Below, piece after piece: positions 28,417-37,681 of a DNA stretch of 64,000 bases. The translations under genes were made by a program, and so were the position numbers. Positions within the stretch are counted from its first letter, which is position 1. Each line of letters begins with the position of its first letter. Origin of the DNA: a virus; the IMG/VR virus record IMGVR_UViG_3300022213_000004. One strand, given 5' to 3'. The notes under the pieces are model-generated. The model did not search any database. It saw only the letters and a program-made list of their open reading frames with translations, and was not told the DNA's origin.

Positions 28417-30713
28417 GCAACGGTACAAAAGTTAAAAAGCGTGATGGTCGAATTGAGTCTCTTGACTTGGAAAAGATGCATTTGATGGTCGAAGAGGCAT
28501 GTAGGGGTCTTGCAGGAGTCTCTGCTAGTCAAGTTGAGATGACTTCTGGTATTCAATTTTATGATGGAATTACAACAGCAGAGATTCAAGAAATTCTTAT
28601 TCGTTCCGCTAGCGATTTGATTGATTTGGATCATCCAAATTATCAGTATGTTGCTGCTCGTCTTCTTTTATTTGCTGTACGTAAGCAACTTTATGGTAAA
28701 ATGAAAGAACTTCCCACTCTAGAACAACACATTTATCAATGTGTTAATCATGAAGTCTATGATAATGATATCTTTAACGAATATTCAAAAGAAGAGATTG
28801 GTAAAGCCGATTCGTATATTGATCATGACCGCGACTATCTGTTCACTTATGCGGGTTTACGTCAGGTCGTTGACAAGTACCTTGTGCAAGACAGGAGTTC
28901 TGGTGGAGTATATGAAACACCACAATTCATGTATATGATGATTGCTCTGACTATCTTTGCAGAGTATCCAAAAGAAACACGAATGTCATATGTAAAGAGG
29001 TATTATGACGCAATCTCCAAGCACAAAATCAACATCCCCACTCCCATCATGGCGGGAGTTAGAACGCCACTTAGACAATTTGCTAGTTGTGTTCTTGTTG
29101 ATGTTGATGACACCCTCGATTCTATCTTTAGCAGTGATATGGCTATTGGTAGATACGTTGCACAGAGGGCGGGAATCGGCATCAACGCTGGTAGAATCCG
29201 TGGCATCAACAGCAAAATCCGAGGGGGAGAAGTTCAACACACGGGTGTTGTACCATTTCTCAAAAAGTTTGAAGCAACTGTCCGATGCTGTACTCAAAAT
29301 GGCATACGCGGTGGATCCGCCACCGTCCACTTCCCAATCTGGCACCAAGAAATAGAAGATATTTTGGTTCTTAAAAACAACAAGGGAACGGAAGATAATC
29401 GTGTCCGTAAACTTGATTATTCCATTCAAATTAGCAAGTTGTTCTATGAAAGATTTATTCAAGATGGTGAGATCACGCTTTTCTCTCCGCATGATGTCCC
29501 TGGACTTTATGATAGCTTTGGACTCCCTGAGTTTGATGCTCTCTACGTACAATATGAAAAAGATCCGTCCATTACGAAAAAAACTATTAAAGCGCAAGAA
29601 CTCATCCTTAACTTACTTAAGGAACGTGCGGAAACGGGTCGAATCTACATTATGAATATTGATCATTGTAATTCTCATTCTTCTTTTAAAGACAAAGTAA
29701 ATATGTCAAACCTTTGTCAAGAGATTACTCTACCTACAGATCCTATCCAACATATTGATGATAAAATGGGGGAGATTGCACTTTGTATTCTTTCCGCTAT
29801 CAATGTTGGAAAGGTAAAATCTGATGAAGAACTTGAAGAACTTTGTGACCTTTCTGTTCGCGGTTTAGATGAGTTGATTGACTATCAAAAATATCCCGTA
29901 GCGGCGGCAGAAATCGCTACCAAGGCACGTCGTTCTCTTGGTATAGGGTTTATTGGTTTAGCACATTATCTAGCAAAACTTGGATATAACTATGCTTCTC
30001 AAGAGGCATGGGATGCAGTTCATGGTCTTTCCGAATCTTTCCAGTATTATCTTCTGAAGGCATCTAATCAACTTGCAAAAGAAAAAGGTTATTGTGAATA
30101 TTTTGGCCGCACAAAGTATGCTGATGGCATTCTTCCGATTGATACATACAAAAAAGAAGTTGATGAAGTTTCTTCTATTCCTTTAGATCATGACTGGGAA
30201 TCTCTTAGAGCGTCTATCCTGGAATATGGTCTCAGGCACTCAACACTGTCCGCACAGATGCCATCGGAGAGCAGTTCCGTTGTGTCAAACGCAACCAACG
30301 GAATTGAACCACCTCGCGGATTCCTGTCCGTTAAAAAGAGTAAGAAAGGACCACTTAAGCAGATTGTTCCCCAGTATCATACACTTAAGAACAATTACAC
30401 GCTCCTCTGGGATATGCCTAGCAATACTGGTTATATTAATATTGTTGCTGTTATGCAAAAGTTTTTTGATCAAGCAATTTCTGGTAATTGGTCTTATAAT
30501 CCAGAGAACTATGATGATAATGAAGTACCTGTTTCAGTGATGGCACATGATATGCTTTACTCATATTCGATGGGATGGAAAACGAGTTATTATCAAAACA
30601 CATATGATATTAAAACTGATGAAGTAGTGGAAGAACCAAAACAAGACCTTCAATCACTTCTTCAAGAACTTTCTGGTGCTGATGAAGAACTTTGTGACAG
30701 TTGTGCAGTTTGA
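28413..30713 (+). CDS. nrdA: Class Ia ribonucleotide reductase alpha subunit
   Basis: ATP cone VKKRDG; PTPIM; ASCV; SNLCQEI; MPSESSS; terminal CDSC. Confidence 0.97.
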   Translation: MSNGTKVKKRDGRIESLDLEKMHLMVEEACRGLAGVSASQVEMTSGIQFYDGITTAEIQEILIRSASDLIDLDHPNYQYVAARLLLFAVRKQLYGKMKELPTLEQHIYQCVNHEVYDNDIFNEYSKEEIGKADSYIDHDRDYLFTYAGLRQVVDKYLVQDRSSGGVYETPQFMYMMIALTIFAEYPKETRMSYVKRYYDAISKHKINIPTPIMAGVRTPLRQFASCVLVDVDDTLDSIFSSDMAIGRYVAQRAGIGINAGRIRGINSKIRGGEVQHTGVVPFLKKFEATVRCCTQNGIRGGSATVHFPIWHQEIEDILVLKNNKGTEDNRVRKLDYSIQISKLFYERFIQDGEITLFSPHDVPGLYDSFGLPEFDALYVQYEKDPSITKKTIKAQELILNLLKERAETGRIYIMNIDHCNSHSSFKDKVNMSNLCQEITLPTDPIQHIDDKMGEIALCILSAINVGKVKSDEELEELCDLSVRGLDELIDYQKYPVAAAEIATKARRSLGIGFIGLAHYLAKLGYNYASQEAWDAVHGLSESFQYYLLKASNQLAKEKGYCEYFGRTKYADGILPIDTYKKEVDEVSSIPLDHDWESLRASILEYGLRHSTLSAQMPSESSSVVSNATNGIEPPRGFLSVKKSKKGPLKQIVPQYHTLKNNYTLLWDMPSNTGYINIVAVMQKFFDQAISGNWSYNPENYDDNEVPVSVMAHDMLYSYSMGWKTSYYQNTYDIKTDEVVEEPKQDLQSLLQELSGADEELCDSCAV

Positions 30714-30748
30714 AAATCTATTAAATAAACTATGTGAAGGGAGCAAGT

Positions 30749-31930
30749 ATGGAGTTTAAAATTTCTTCAATAGAAGAACCTCAAACAAATATCAAAGGAA
30801 TGACTGTTTTTAATACCGAAAAGGTTGATACCAAAAAACAACCAATGTTTTTTGGAAAACCACTTGGAGTTCAGCGATACGATTCATACAAATACCCAAT
30901 CTTTGATAAATTAACTCAGCAACAATTAAGTTATTTTTGGAGACCAGAAGAAATTTCTCTTCAAAAAGATCGTGGAGATTATCAAACATTACGTCCAGAA
31001 CAAAAACATATTTTTACTTCTAATTTGAAGTATCAAATTATGTTAGATTCTATTCAAGGTCGTGGTCCTGGTATTGCATTCATTCCATACTGCTCACTTC
31101 CTGAGTTGGAAGCATGTATGGAAGTGTGGGGATTTATGGAGATGATCCATAGTCGCTCATATACCTATATCATTAAAAACGTTTATTCAGACCCATCTGA
31201 AGTGTTTGATACTATCATTGGGGATGAACGTATTCTGGAACGTGCTAAGAGCGTTACAGAGTCATATGATGACTTTATTCAATCAGCGCAACAATATGGT
31301 GTATCTGATGCTTGGATGCATAACCTTGAAGGAGTCACATACGCAAAGGAAACGATTAATGACGTTAAACGAAAACTGTACAGAGCAGTCGCAAACGTTA
31401 ATATTCTTGAAGGTATTCGCTTCTACGTTAGTTTTGCTTGTAGTTTCGCCTTTGGTGAACTTAAGCTTATGGAAGGATCCGCTAAAATCATCTCTCTCAT
31501 TGCAAGAGACGAAAACCAACATCTAGTCATTACACAAAATATTCTGAACAAATGGCGAGATGGTGATGATCCTGAAATGAAGCAAATTGCTAAGGAAGAA
31601 GAGGAGTGGGTTTATGCAATGTTTGATCGTGCGGTAAATGAAGAAAAAAAATGGGCAGATTATCTGTTCAAAGATGGGAGCATGATTGGACTGAATGATA
31701 AACTTCTTCAGCAGTATGTTGAATGGATTGCAAACAGAAGACTTAAAGCAATTGGATTAAAACCTCAATATGATATATCGGCAAATAATAATCCACTTCC
31801 TTGGACTGATCATTGGTTAAATTCTAAATCTTTGCAAAATGCACCACAAGAAGTGGAAATTGAGCAATATTTAATCGGAGGTATTAAACAAGATGTTACC
31901 AAAGATACTTTCTCAGGATTCAAATTATGA
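30749..31930 (+). CDS. nrdB: Ribonucleotide reductase beta subunit
   Basis: FWRPEE, DSIQG, EMIHSRSY, LEGIRFYVSF and RDENQH motifs. Confidence 0.97.
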   Translation: MEFKISSIEEPQTNIKGMTVFNTEKVDTKKQPMFFGKPLGVQRYDSYKYPIFDKLTQQQLSYFWRPEEISLQKDRGDYQTLRPEQKHIFTSNLKYQIMLDSIQGRGPGIAFIPYCSLPELEACMEVWGFMEMIHSRSYTYIIKNVYSDPSEVFDTIIGDERILERAKSVTESYDDFIQSAQQYGVSDAWMHNLEGVTYAKETINDVKRKLYRAVANVNILEGIRFYVSFACSFAFGELKLMEGSAKIISLIARDENQHLVITQNILNKWRDGDDPEMKQIAKEEEEWVYAMFDRAVNEEKKWADYLFKDGSMIGLNDKLLQQYVEWIANRRLKAIGLKPQYDISANNNPLPWTDHWLNSKSLQNAPQEVEIEQYLIGGIKQDVTKDTFSGFKL

Positions 31931-32080
31931 TGAATGGTGTGAACAAGAAATCATAAGTGCCTATATTGAGGCAGCAGAATGTGATGAGTATTTGTTTGGT
32001 GATTATGATTATTGTAAAGAATGGTTAGGTACAAATACTGATAATGTTGTATAGATAGAGGAGGTAAACCCTCCTTTTTT

Positions 32081-32239
32081 ATGTCTAAAAATAATTTTAA
32101 CAAAGATGAATTTAGAGTTAGAGTGCTAAAGTTAAAAAACGAACTATATCACGATTCAAATTGGTACTCAAATCCCAAGAACCTGGCGGATAAATACCTG
32201 AATAAGGTTCTTGAAATTATTGATGAGTACAGATATTAA
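32081..32239 (+). CDS. Small hypothetical protein (52 aa)
   Basis: MSKNNFNKDEFRVRVLKLK...YLNKVLEIIDEYRY. Confidence 0.55.
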   Translation: MSKNNFNKDEFRVRVLKLKNELYHDSNWYSNPKNLADKYLNKVLEIIDEYRY

Positions 32240-32666
32240 CTATGAAAACCCTTGGATCTATAATGGAAATCCTTTCACGAGTGCAGATATTGGAGACCAT
32301 TATGGATTTGTCTATTTGATAGAAAATAAATTGAATGGTAGAAAATATATTGGCAGAAAATATCTTTGGCAGTTTAGAACCCCCAAAGGTAAAAAAAGAA
32401 AAGTAAAATCTGAGTCTAATTGGAAAGAATACTATGGGTCTTGTCCGGAACTTAAAGAAGACATTGATAAATTGGGCAGAGAAAATTTTAGTAGAACTAT
32501 CTTATCATTACATAAAACAAAGGGCAAAACAAACTTTGGGGAGACCAGTCAACTCTTCAAGCACGATGTCCTCACAGAAGCCCTTGACAACGGAGACCCT
32601 GCGTTCTACAATAGCAACATCTTGGGACGGTTCTACCGAAAAGATTATTATGAACGCAACAACTGA
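32223..32666 (+). CDS. GIY-YIG family nuclease (short cyanophage type)
   Basis: GFVYLIENKLNGRKYIGRK...YYGS...E...YNSNI. Confidence 0.85.
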   Translation: MSTDINYENPWIYNGNPFTSADIGDHYGFVYLIENKLNGRKYIGRKYLWQFRTPKGKKRKVKSESNWKEYYGSCPELKEDIDKLGRENFSRTILSLHKTKGKTNFGETSQLFKHDVLTEALDNGDPAFYNSNILGRFYRKDYYERNN

Positions 32667-32823
32667 AGATATTGTCGCACATGTGAGGAGTTGGTCTCTT
32701 GATCGTGCATCAGACAAAAGTATTCATAAAGAGGATGCTCGTGCTATTCTTGCTGAATTCTATGAGTGGATTGAACCAGAAAATGATGAACTGGAAATCG
32801 TCTCCTTAGAGCCAGAATCTTGA
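32650..32823 (+). CDS. Small hypothetical protein
   Basis: MNATTEDIVAHVRSWSL...EFYEWIEPE. Confidence 0.55.
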   Translation: MNATTEDIVAHVRSWSLDRASDKSIHKEDARAILAEFYEWIEPENDELEIVSLEPES

Positions 32824-32977
32824 CAGAATCTAAATAAAAACTTATGATGCTAAAATCCTTGTTATGAGCAAGGTTTTTTGTTATGAGACTTTGAGTGACA
32901 TTTAGAGCCGTGGAAAGTGCCCTTTGAAAAAAGGGTGTACCCCCTTTCTATACGGATGTAGAGTTCAATTAATTTTA

Positions 32978-33604
32978 ATGCAAAACTGCTTTACTGTAGC
33001 CCTCTTGCCTCTGTTGGCAACGGTTACAACCACAACGGCAACACTGCCATCATCTGCTATTGCTCCTTCATATTCTATTATTAAGGAGTTTGAAACAGAG
33101 AAGACAGCAATCCGCGAGGTTGCTCCCGAAAAGCCAAAAGAGAAAAGGCTAATTTGTAAAGGGTGTAATGAACATGAAAATACTGCCCTGGCATTTTTCC
33201 AGGATCGCGGTATTAAAGACAGAAACGCCCTTGCTACCATCATGGGTAATATTCGTCAGGAATCAACTTTTGTTCCTAACATTTGTGAAGGTGGTAGCAG
33301 AACCTCATACTATAATTGTGGAAGAGGTTATGGTTTGATACAATTTACTTCTGCTTCTCGTTATTATGGACTGGGTGCTTTTGCTAAAAAAATAGGAGGT
33401 AATCCTTCTACTGCTGATACTCAACTTCGGTATATTACTACTGAACCACAATGGAAGAGTATTGAAAACAGAATGAGAGTTTCTGGAAAATCTATTGATA
33501 GGTATATGAATTATGCCTACGAATGGATTGGATGGGGACACCATGGAGCAAGAACACAATATGCTTATGACTATGCTAAACGATTGGTTCTTGCTGATGT
33601 CTAA
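32978..33604 (+). CDS. Phage tail lysozyme-like protein with signal peptide
   Basis: ALATIMGNIRQES...GYGLIQFT...TQLRY. Confidence 0.8.
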   Translation: MQNCFTVALLPLLATVTTTTATLPSSAIAPSYSIIKEFETEKTAIREVAPEKPKEKRLICKGCNEHENTALAFFQDRGIKDRNALATIMGNIRQESTFVPNICEGGSRTSYYNCGRGYGLIQFTSASRYYGLGAFAKKIGGNPSTADTQLRYITTEPQWKSIENRMRVSGKSIDRYMNYAYEWIGWGHHGARTQYAYDYAKRLVLADV

Positions 33605-33692
33605 ATAACTTTACCTGACTTGCTGACACTTTTCAGGTGAGATTGGAGTGCTTCGGCACTCCTTTCTTGTATAAATAGTAATGTCAGCAAGT
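33602..33692 (+). promoter_or_regulatory. Endonuclease control cassette 2
   Basis: TAAATA at 33602; acttgctgaca (33618-33628) is complementary to tgtcagcaagt (33682-33692); UUCG hairpin 33645-33662; TATAAATA at 33670. Confidence 0.7.
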
Positions 33693-33701
33693 TAGAGTAG
33701 T

Positions 33702-34352
33702 ATGAAACACTTTTATGTGTATTATTCCTATGAGGAATATGGAAGGGGATATATTGGAAAAAGAGAATGTAAATGTCTTCCAGAAGAAGATGTAAGTTAT
33801 TTTGGAAGTTTCAAAGATAAAACTTTCAATCCAACTCAAAAAATAATATTAGAAACTTTTGGGAGTGTTGAAGAAGCACTTGAAGCAGAATGTGCTCTCC
33901 ACGATTTTTATGAAGTAGATAAAAATCCACACTTTGCTAATAGGGCAAAACAAACTTCTACTGGATTTTATTGTAATAAAGGTGCTGGTGAAGAAGCAAA
34001 CAAGAAAAGAAGTGAGTTGATGAAAACAGAATACAATCCTATGAGTAATCCAAAACTCAAAGAGAAAGCAAGAAAAAACTTGATTAGAACTTTGAGTAAT
34101 CCAGAAATGAGAAAACTAAAAAGTAGAGTTGGAAAGAAAGCACACAATCGTCCAGAAGTAGTTGAGAACCATAGACAGGCAGCACTCAAATCTCATCAAA
34201 ATCCAGAAACAAAAAGAAAACATATTGAGGCAAAACTTGGTGAGAAAAATCCTTGTTATGGTAAAAAGTGGATTACAAATGGAAATGAAAACAAATACAT
34301 AAACTCTATTGATGAAGTTCCAAGTGGTTTTTGGTATGGTAGAGTTGTTTGA
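33702..34352 (+). CDS. GIY-YIG (Seg-like) homing endonuclease
   Basis: FYVYYSYEEYGRGYIGKR...YFGS...E...HFAN; KWITNG...GRV tail. Confidence 0.85.
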   Translation: MKHFYVYYSYEEYGRGYIGKRECKCLPEEDVSYFGSFKDKTFNPTQKIILETFGSVEEALEAECALHDFYEVDKNPHFANRAKQTSTGFYCNKGAGEEANKKRSELMKTEYNPMSNPKLKEKARKNLIRTLSNPEMRKLKSRVGKKAHNRPEVVENHRQAALKSHQNPETKRKHIEAKLGEKNPCYGKKWITNGNENKYINSIDEVPSGFWYGRVV

Positions 34353-34431
34353 GGACACTTGAAGAACTGGCACAGGGACACTCCAAATGCCCCTGTGATG
34401 CCTTATAATACTCTCATAAGCAACCAAACCG

Positions 34432-34641
34432 ATGACTAACGAACAAATCCTAAAACTTGCTAAAACCTGTGGTGCTGATAGACATATAAGTAAAATAACA
34501 AACGATATTTACTGGGAGTGTGATGAAGACGACCTCTTAAAGTTTGCTGCTTTAATCTACACAGAAGGTTTCAAAGTGGGTTATGATGAAGGTTGGGAAA
34601 GAAGTAATGTAAGCACCAAATGGAGTTCTGATGATGAATAA
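34432..34641 (+). CDS. Hypothetical protein
   Basis: ORF downstream of an aactggcaca...TATAAT early-type promoter. Confidence 0.55.
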   Translation: MTNEQILKLAKTCGADRHISKITNDIYWECDEDDLLKFAALIYTEGFKVGYDEGWERSNVSTKWSSDDE

Positions 34642-34834
34642 ACTCACAGCACTTGATTTGATGGTAATTTCAGATACTTTGTATAGAACTCTTTCTATCG
34701 CAGGATTTGAGGGAACTCTTGGTGGATATACAAAAGAAGCAAGAGAAAATGTTGCGAATAAGGTTCAAACAATTTTGAGTAATATGGAAGTAGAACTAAC
34801 TGTGGAGAAAACTGATGCCCAAGATGACTTATGA
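34631..34834 (+). CDS. Hypothetical protein (KLTALDL family)
   Basis: N-terminus is paralogous to the fragment at 35134. Confidence 0.55.
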   Translation: MMNKLTALDLMVISDTLYRTLSIAGFEGTLGGYTKEARENVANKVQTILSNMEVELTVEKTDAQDDL

Positions 34835-35195
34835 AGAATGGTGTGAAAAAAATCCAATTGATTGGGATGAGATTGAAAAAAATGATAATCCAGATATGTT
34901 GATTACTAAAACAGGTGTAGAAATGATGCATTATCACCTATACTTGTGGGAATGTAAAAAAGAAGAAGAAACAAATGACTGACAAACAACCAACTTGGGA
35001 TGGGATTTACAAATCTCTTAATGTAGGTATTGTGAATGTTTATGAACTCACCGAACACTTGGATACACTCTACACTAAAATTTCTGAACTTGAAGCACGA
35101 TTGGATAAAGAGGAAGAATACCGACAGGAGCAAAATGACTAAACTCACAGCACTTGACTTATACATTCTCACAGATACTGTGCTACACTCTATAA

Positions 35196-35234
35196 GTCAC
35201 GGTAGTATCACGGGTTCAAATCCCGTTAGGGTCG
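35196..35234 (+). pseudogene. 3' half of tRNA-Asp(GTC)
   Basis: gtc-ac-ggtag-tatc-acggg-ttcaaat-cccgt-tagggtc-g; no 5' acceptor strand or D-arm upstream. Confidence 0.65.
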
Positions 35235-35237
35235 CCT

Positions 35238-35309
35238 GGGAGATTAGCTCAGTGGTAGAGCAATGTGCTGATAACGCAGAGGTCGGTGGTTCAAATCCAC
35301 CATTTCCCA
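35238..35309 (+). tRNA. tRNA-Ile(GAT)
   Basis: Cloverleaf; acceptor gggagat/atttccc; anticodon loop ct-gat-aa. Confidence 0.92.
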
Positions 35310-35348
35310 CTTGACAACCATTTCCAAGTCTGGTATGATTGTCTTATT

Positions 35349-35421
35349 GGGGCAGCAGCATGACGGATCATGCACCATCCTTCTAAGATGTAAGATGGGG
35401 GTTCAAATCCCTCCTGCCCTG
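35349..35421 (+). tRNA. tRNA-Arg(TCT)
   Basis: Acceptor ggggcag/ctgccct; loop ct-tct-aa; C at position 8; TTGACA...TATGAT promoter upstream. Confidence 0.85.
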
Positions 35422-35518
35422 TTACCACTTGCGCTGGAAAGATAAACCAGAATGCCGTGGTAAGATAGAGGGTAAGCCTCTGTTATATCCTTGAGGTATG
35501 TCACGCTTACTCCATCTA

Positions 35519-35591
35519 GCCCTTGTATTCCAACGGTAGAGAAGGTGGACTTAGAATCCATACAGTGTAAGTTCGAATCTTACCAGGGGCA
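35519..35591 (+). tRNA. tRNA-Leu(TAG) with short variable loop
   Basis: Acceptor gcccttg/caggggc; gtgga-ct-tag-aa-tccat; 5-nt variable loop. Confidence 0.85.
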
Positions 35592-35610
35592 CTTAATTAC
35601 TCTAGATTAT

Positions 35611-36099
35611 ATGGAATGGAAAAAACATCCAATCTTTGATAATTATGAAGCATCTTTAAATGGTGAAGTAAGAAATCAAAGTAAAAAGATAATAAAAACT
35701 AAACCCTTACAAACATATCATTCTGTTGTCACATTATGGAAGAATGGTAAAAGAAAATTTATGGTAACTTCTAAATTTGTTTATGAGTGTTTTTATGGAT
35801 TAATTCCAAAAGAATTAGTAGTAATGCACCACGATGAATATTTACCTGAATTTTGTATTAACGCAACATTCAATTTATTTCTTGGCACTAGGTCTATAAA
35901 TCAAAAAGATGCTTATCAAAAAGGAAGAATGTTGCCAACTAGAGGAGAAAAAAGTGGCAGGTCATATCTTTCACAAGAACAAGTTGACAATATAAGAAAA
36001 ATGAGATATGATGGATGTACTTATGCACAAATAATAAGTGTATATAAAATACCAAAATCAACCTTGTCAAATATAATTAATCACAAAACCTGGGCTTGA
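35611..36099 (+). CDS. NUMOD4/HNH endonuclease with C-terminal HTH
   Basis: WKKHPIFDNYEASLNGEVRN...VMHHDE...N...NLFLGTRSIN. Confidence 0.8.
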   Translation: MEWKKHPIFDNYEASLNGEVRNQSKKIIKTKPLQTYHSVVTLWKNGKRKFMVTSKFVYECFYGLIPKELVVMHHDEYLPEFCINATFNLFLGTRSINQKDAYQKGRMLPTRGEKSGRSYLSQEQVDNIRKMRYDGCTYAQIISVYKIPKSTLSNIINHKTWA

Positions 36100-36135
36100 C
36101 ATTATGCCCACCTCTTGGTAAAATAATGTTTATAT

Positions 36136-36207
36136 GCGGGTATCGTCTAACGGCTAAGATGATTGCCTTCCAAGCAATAGATGGGGTTTCGATTACCCCT
36201 ACCCGCT
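36136..36207 (+). tRNA. tRNA-Gly(TCC)
   Basis: Acceptor gcgggta/tacccgc; attgc-ct-tcc-aa-gcaat; U73; TTGACA...TAAAAT promoter upstream. Confidence 0.92.
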
Positions 36208-36247
36208 CTTGGTAGTCGTTAGGCACATAGTCTAAAAAGACGCCAAA

Positions 36248-36317
36248 GGAAGTTAAGTCAAAGAATCGAGACAAGCAGACAATGCCCTTTGAACTGGTGT
36301 AAGTCCAGTAACTTCCT
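36248..36317 (+). ncRNA. tRNA-like RNA with degenerate anticodon arm
   Basis: ggaagtt/aacttcc acceptor-like stem; actgg-tgtaagt-ccagt T-arm; gtc/gac D-like arm; gca-gacaa-tgc mini arm. Confidence 0.5.
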
Positions 36318-36321
36318 TTAT

Positions 36322-36393
36322 TCCCCTGTGGCGCAGCGGTAGCGCGAGAAACTGTTAATTTCCAGGTCACAAGTTCGAATCTTGTCGGGGGAG
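36322..36393 (+). tRNA. tRNA-Asn(GTT)
   Basis: Acceptor tcccctg/cggggga; loop ct-gtt-aa; G73. Confidence 0.92.
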
Positions 36394-36493
36394 TTGGAAG
36401 GACTTCGGTTCCTCCATAAGAATCGGGATCATCATATCCGATTCACTAAGACCTAAGTTCGCTTAGGCCAGGGGGATGGCCTCCCCTGCTAAT

Positions 36494-36566
36494 GGGCGAT
36501 TAACTCAGCGGTCAGAGTGTCTGCTTTACACGCAGAAAGTCCACGGTTCAAATCCGTGATTGCCCA
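36494..36566 (+). tRNA. tRNA-Val(TAC)
   Basis: Acceptor gggcgat/attgccc; tctgc-tt-tac-ac-gcaga. Confidence 0.93.
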
Positions 36567-36594
36567 CTTGATAAATAAAAATAAAAAGAGTATA

Positions 36595-37029
36595 ATGGAA
36601 AAACTTTATAAACTACTAAGTGATGCTCAGTCATCGCTTTTTGTTTTATTCCATAAAACTTGGGCATTTCACTGGAATGTAGTTGGTGAAGATTTCACTC
36701 AACTCCACCAACTTTTTGGTGGTCAGTATGAAACTATGTTTGAGGAGATTGATCGTCTCTCAGAACATATGCGTTATCTAAATGTAAAACCTCTCAGCTC
36801 TCTTTCAAGAATGCTTGAGGTAACTCAAATCAAAGAGGCAGCAAGTTCAACGGGAGCAAAAGAAATGCTTCAGGAACTGCTTGAGAACAACGAAAAGTTT
36901 TGTGAGTTGATGGCAGAAATTTCGGAGGAATCCGAAGCACAAAAGCAATATGCAACTGCTAATCTAGTTCAAGATTTAATGGAATCTCATGGTAAGTTTG
37001 TTTGGCAGTTAAGAGCGCACCTGCAATGA
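36595..37029 (+). CDS. dps: Dps/ferritin-like protein
   Basis: HWNVVGEDFTQLHQLF...EIDRLSEH...HGKFVWQL. Confidence 0.9.
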   Translation: MEKLYKLLSDAQSSLFVLFHKTWAFHWNVVGEDFTQLHQLFGGQYETMFEEIDRLSEHMRYLNVKPLSSLSRMLEVTQIKEAASSTGAKEMLQELLENNEKFCELMAEISEESEAQKQYATANLVQDLMESHGKFVWQLRAHLQ

Positions 37030-37044
37030 TTAGGATGAAGAACA

Positions 37045-37296
37045 ATGATTTCAATAAGATGTAAAGATTGTAATAAAGAGTTATTTGGGCACCCATCAAA
37101 AACAGTAACTTGTGGTTGTCCAAATATGGCAACAATTCGTGGAGATAAGATTTCAGCACTTGACTTATCTCGTGTTGTTATGTTAAACTCTATTCAGAAA
37201 GAACAAAAATCAAATGTTCTGACTTCACAAGATCTTGCTTTTCAAGAAGCAAGACGCCAACGCAAAGTAAAGCGTTTGGATTTTGAGGTCCGTTGA
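37045..37296 (+). CDS. Zinc-ribbon hypothetical protein
   Basis: CKDC...CGCPN. Confidence 0.7.
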   Translation: MISIRCKDCNKELFGHPSKTVTCGCPNMATIRGDKISALDLSRVVMLNSIQKEQKSNVLTSQDLAFQEARRQRKVKRLDFEVR

Positions 37297-37305
37297 GGAC
37301 TTTTT

Positions 37306-37392
37306 GGAAGGTCAATCCGATTGGCGACGGAACCGCTCTTGAAAAGCGTTGAGGTGTTAAAGCCCTTGGGAGTTCGACTCTCCCACCTTCCG
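37306..37392 (+). tRNA. tRNA-Ser(TGA)
   Basis: Acceptor ggaaggt/accttcc; loop ct-tga-aa; long variable arm; G73. Confidence 0.88.
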
Positions 37393-37465
37393 TTTTTATA
37401 TCAATATATTATAATCCTTAAGAAATGATATAATGTCTACATATTAAATATATCAAAATACAAAA

Positions 37466-37681
37466 ATGACAGGGTTTTATCTTCTAATGCTGACATTTAT
37501 TGCATTAGTAGTATACGCGGGTTATGATGAAACCATGAGACTTTTTCAATATGCAGACCTACAAGTTAGGTATGCTGTAGTAAGAGTTCAGATGAAATGG
37601 ATGGGTTGGAACCTTAAAAGACAACTGATTAAGGATACAACTAATTTTGAAAAGTTCCTTAAGGAGTACACGGATGACTGA
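37466..37681 (+). CDS. Small membrane-anchored protein
   Basis: N-terminal hydrophobic helix. Confidence 0.6.
   Translation: MTGFYLLMLTFIALVVYAGYDETMRLFQYADLQVRYAVVRVQMKWMGWNLKRQLIKDTTNFEKFLKEYTDD

Noticed and set aside
28413-31930. Introns or inteins in nrdA/nrdB
   Set aside because: Both genes are continuous and of normal length.
35036-35314. 92-aa ORF from the track
   Set aside because: It runs through the tRNA-Asp fragment and tRNA-Ile; only the MTKLTALDL remnant looks genic.
35491-36594. Upstream extensions of the ORFs at 35491 and 36517
   Set aside because: The extensions overlap tRNA-Leu and tRNA-Val; the ATGs at 35611 and 36595 are the plausible starts.
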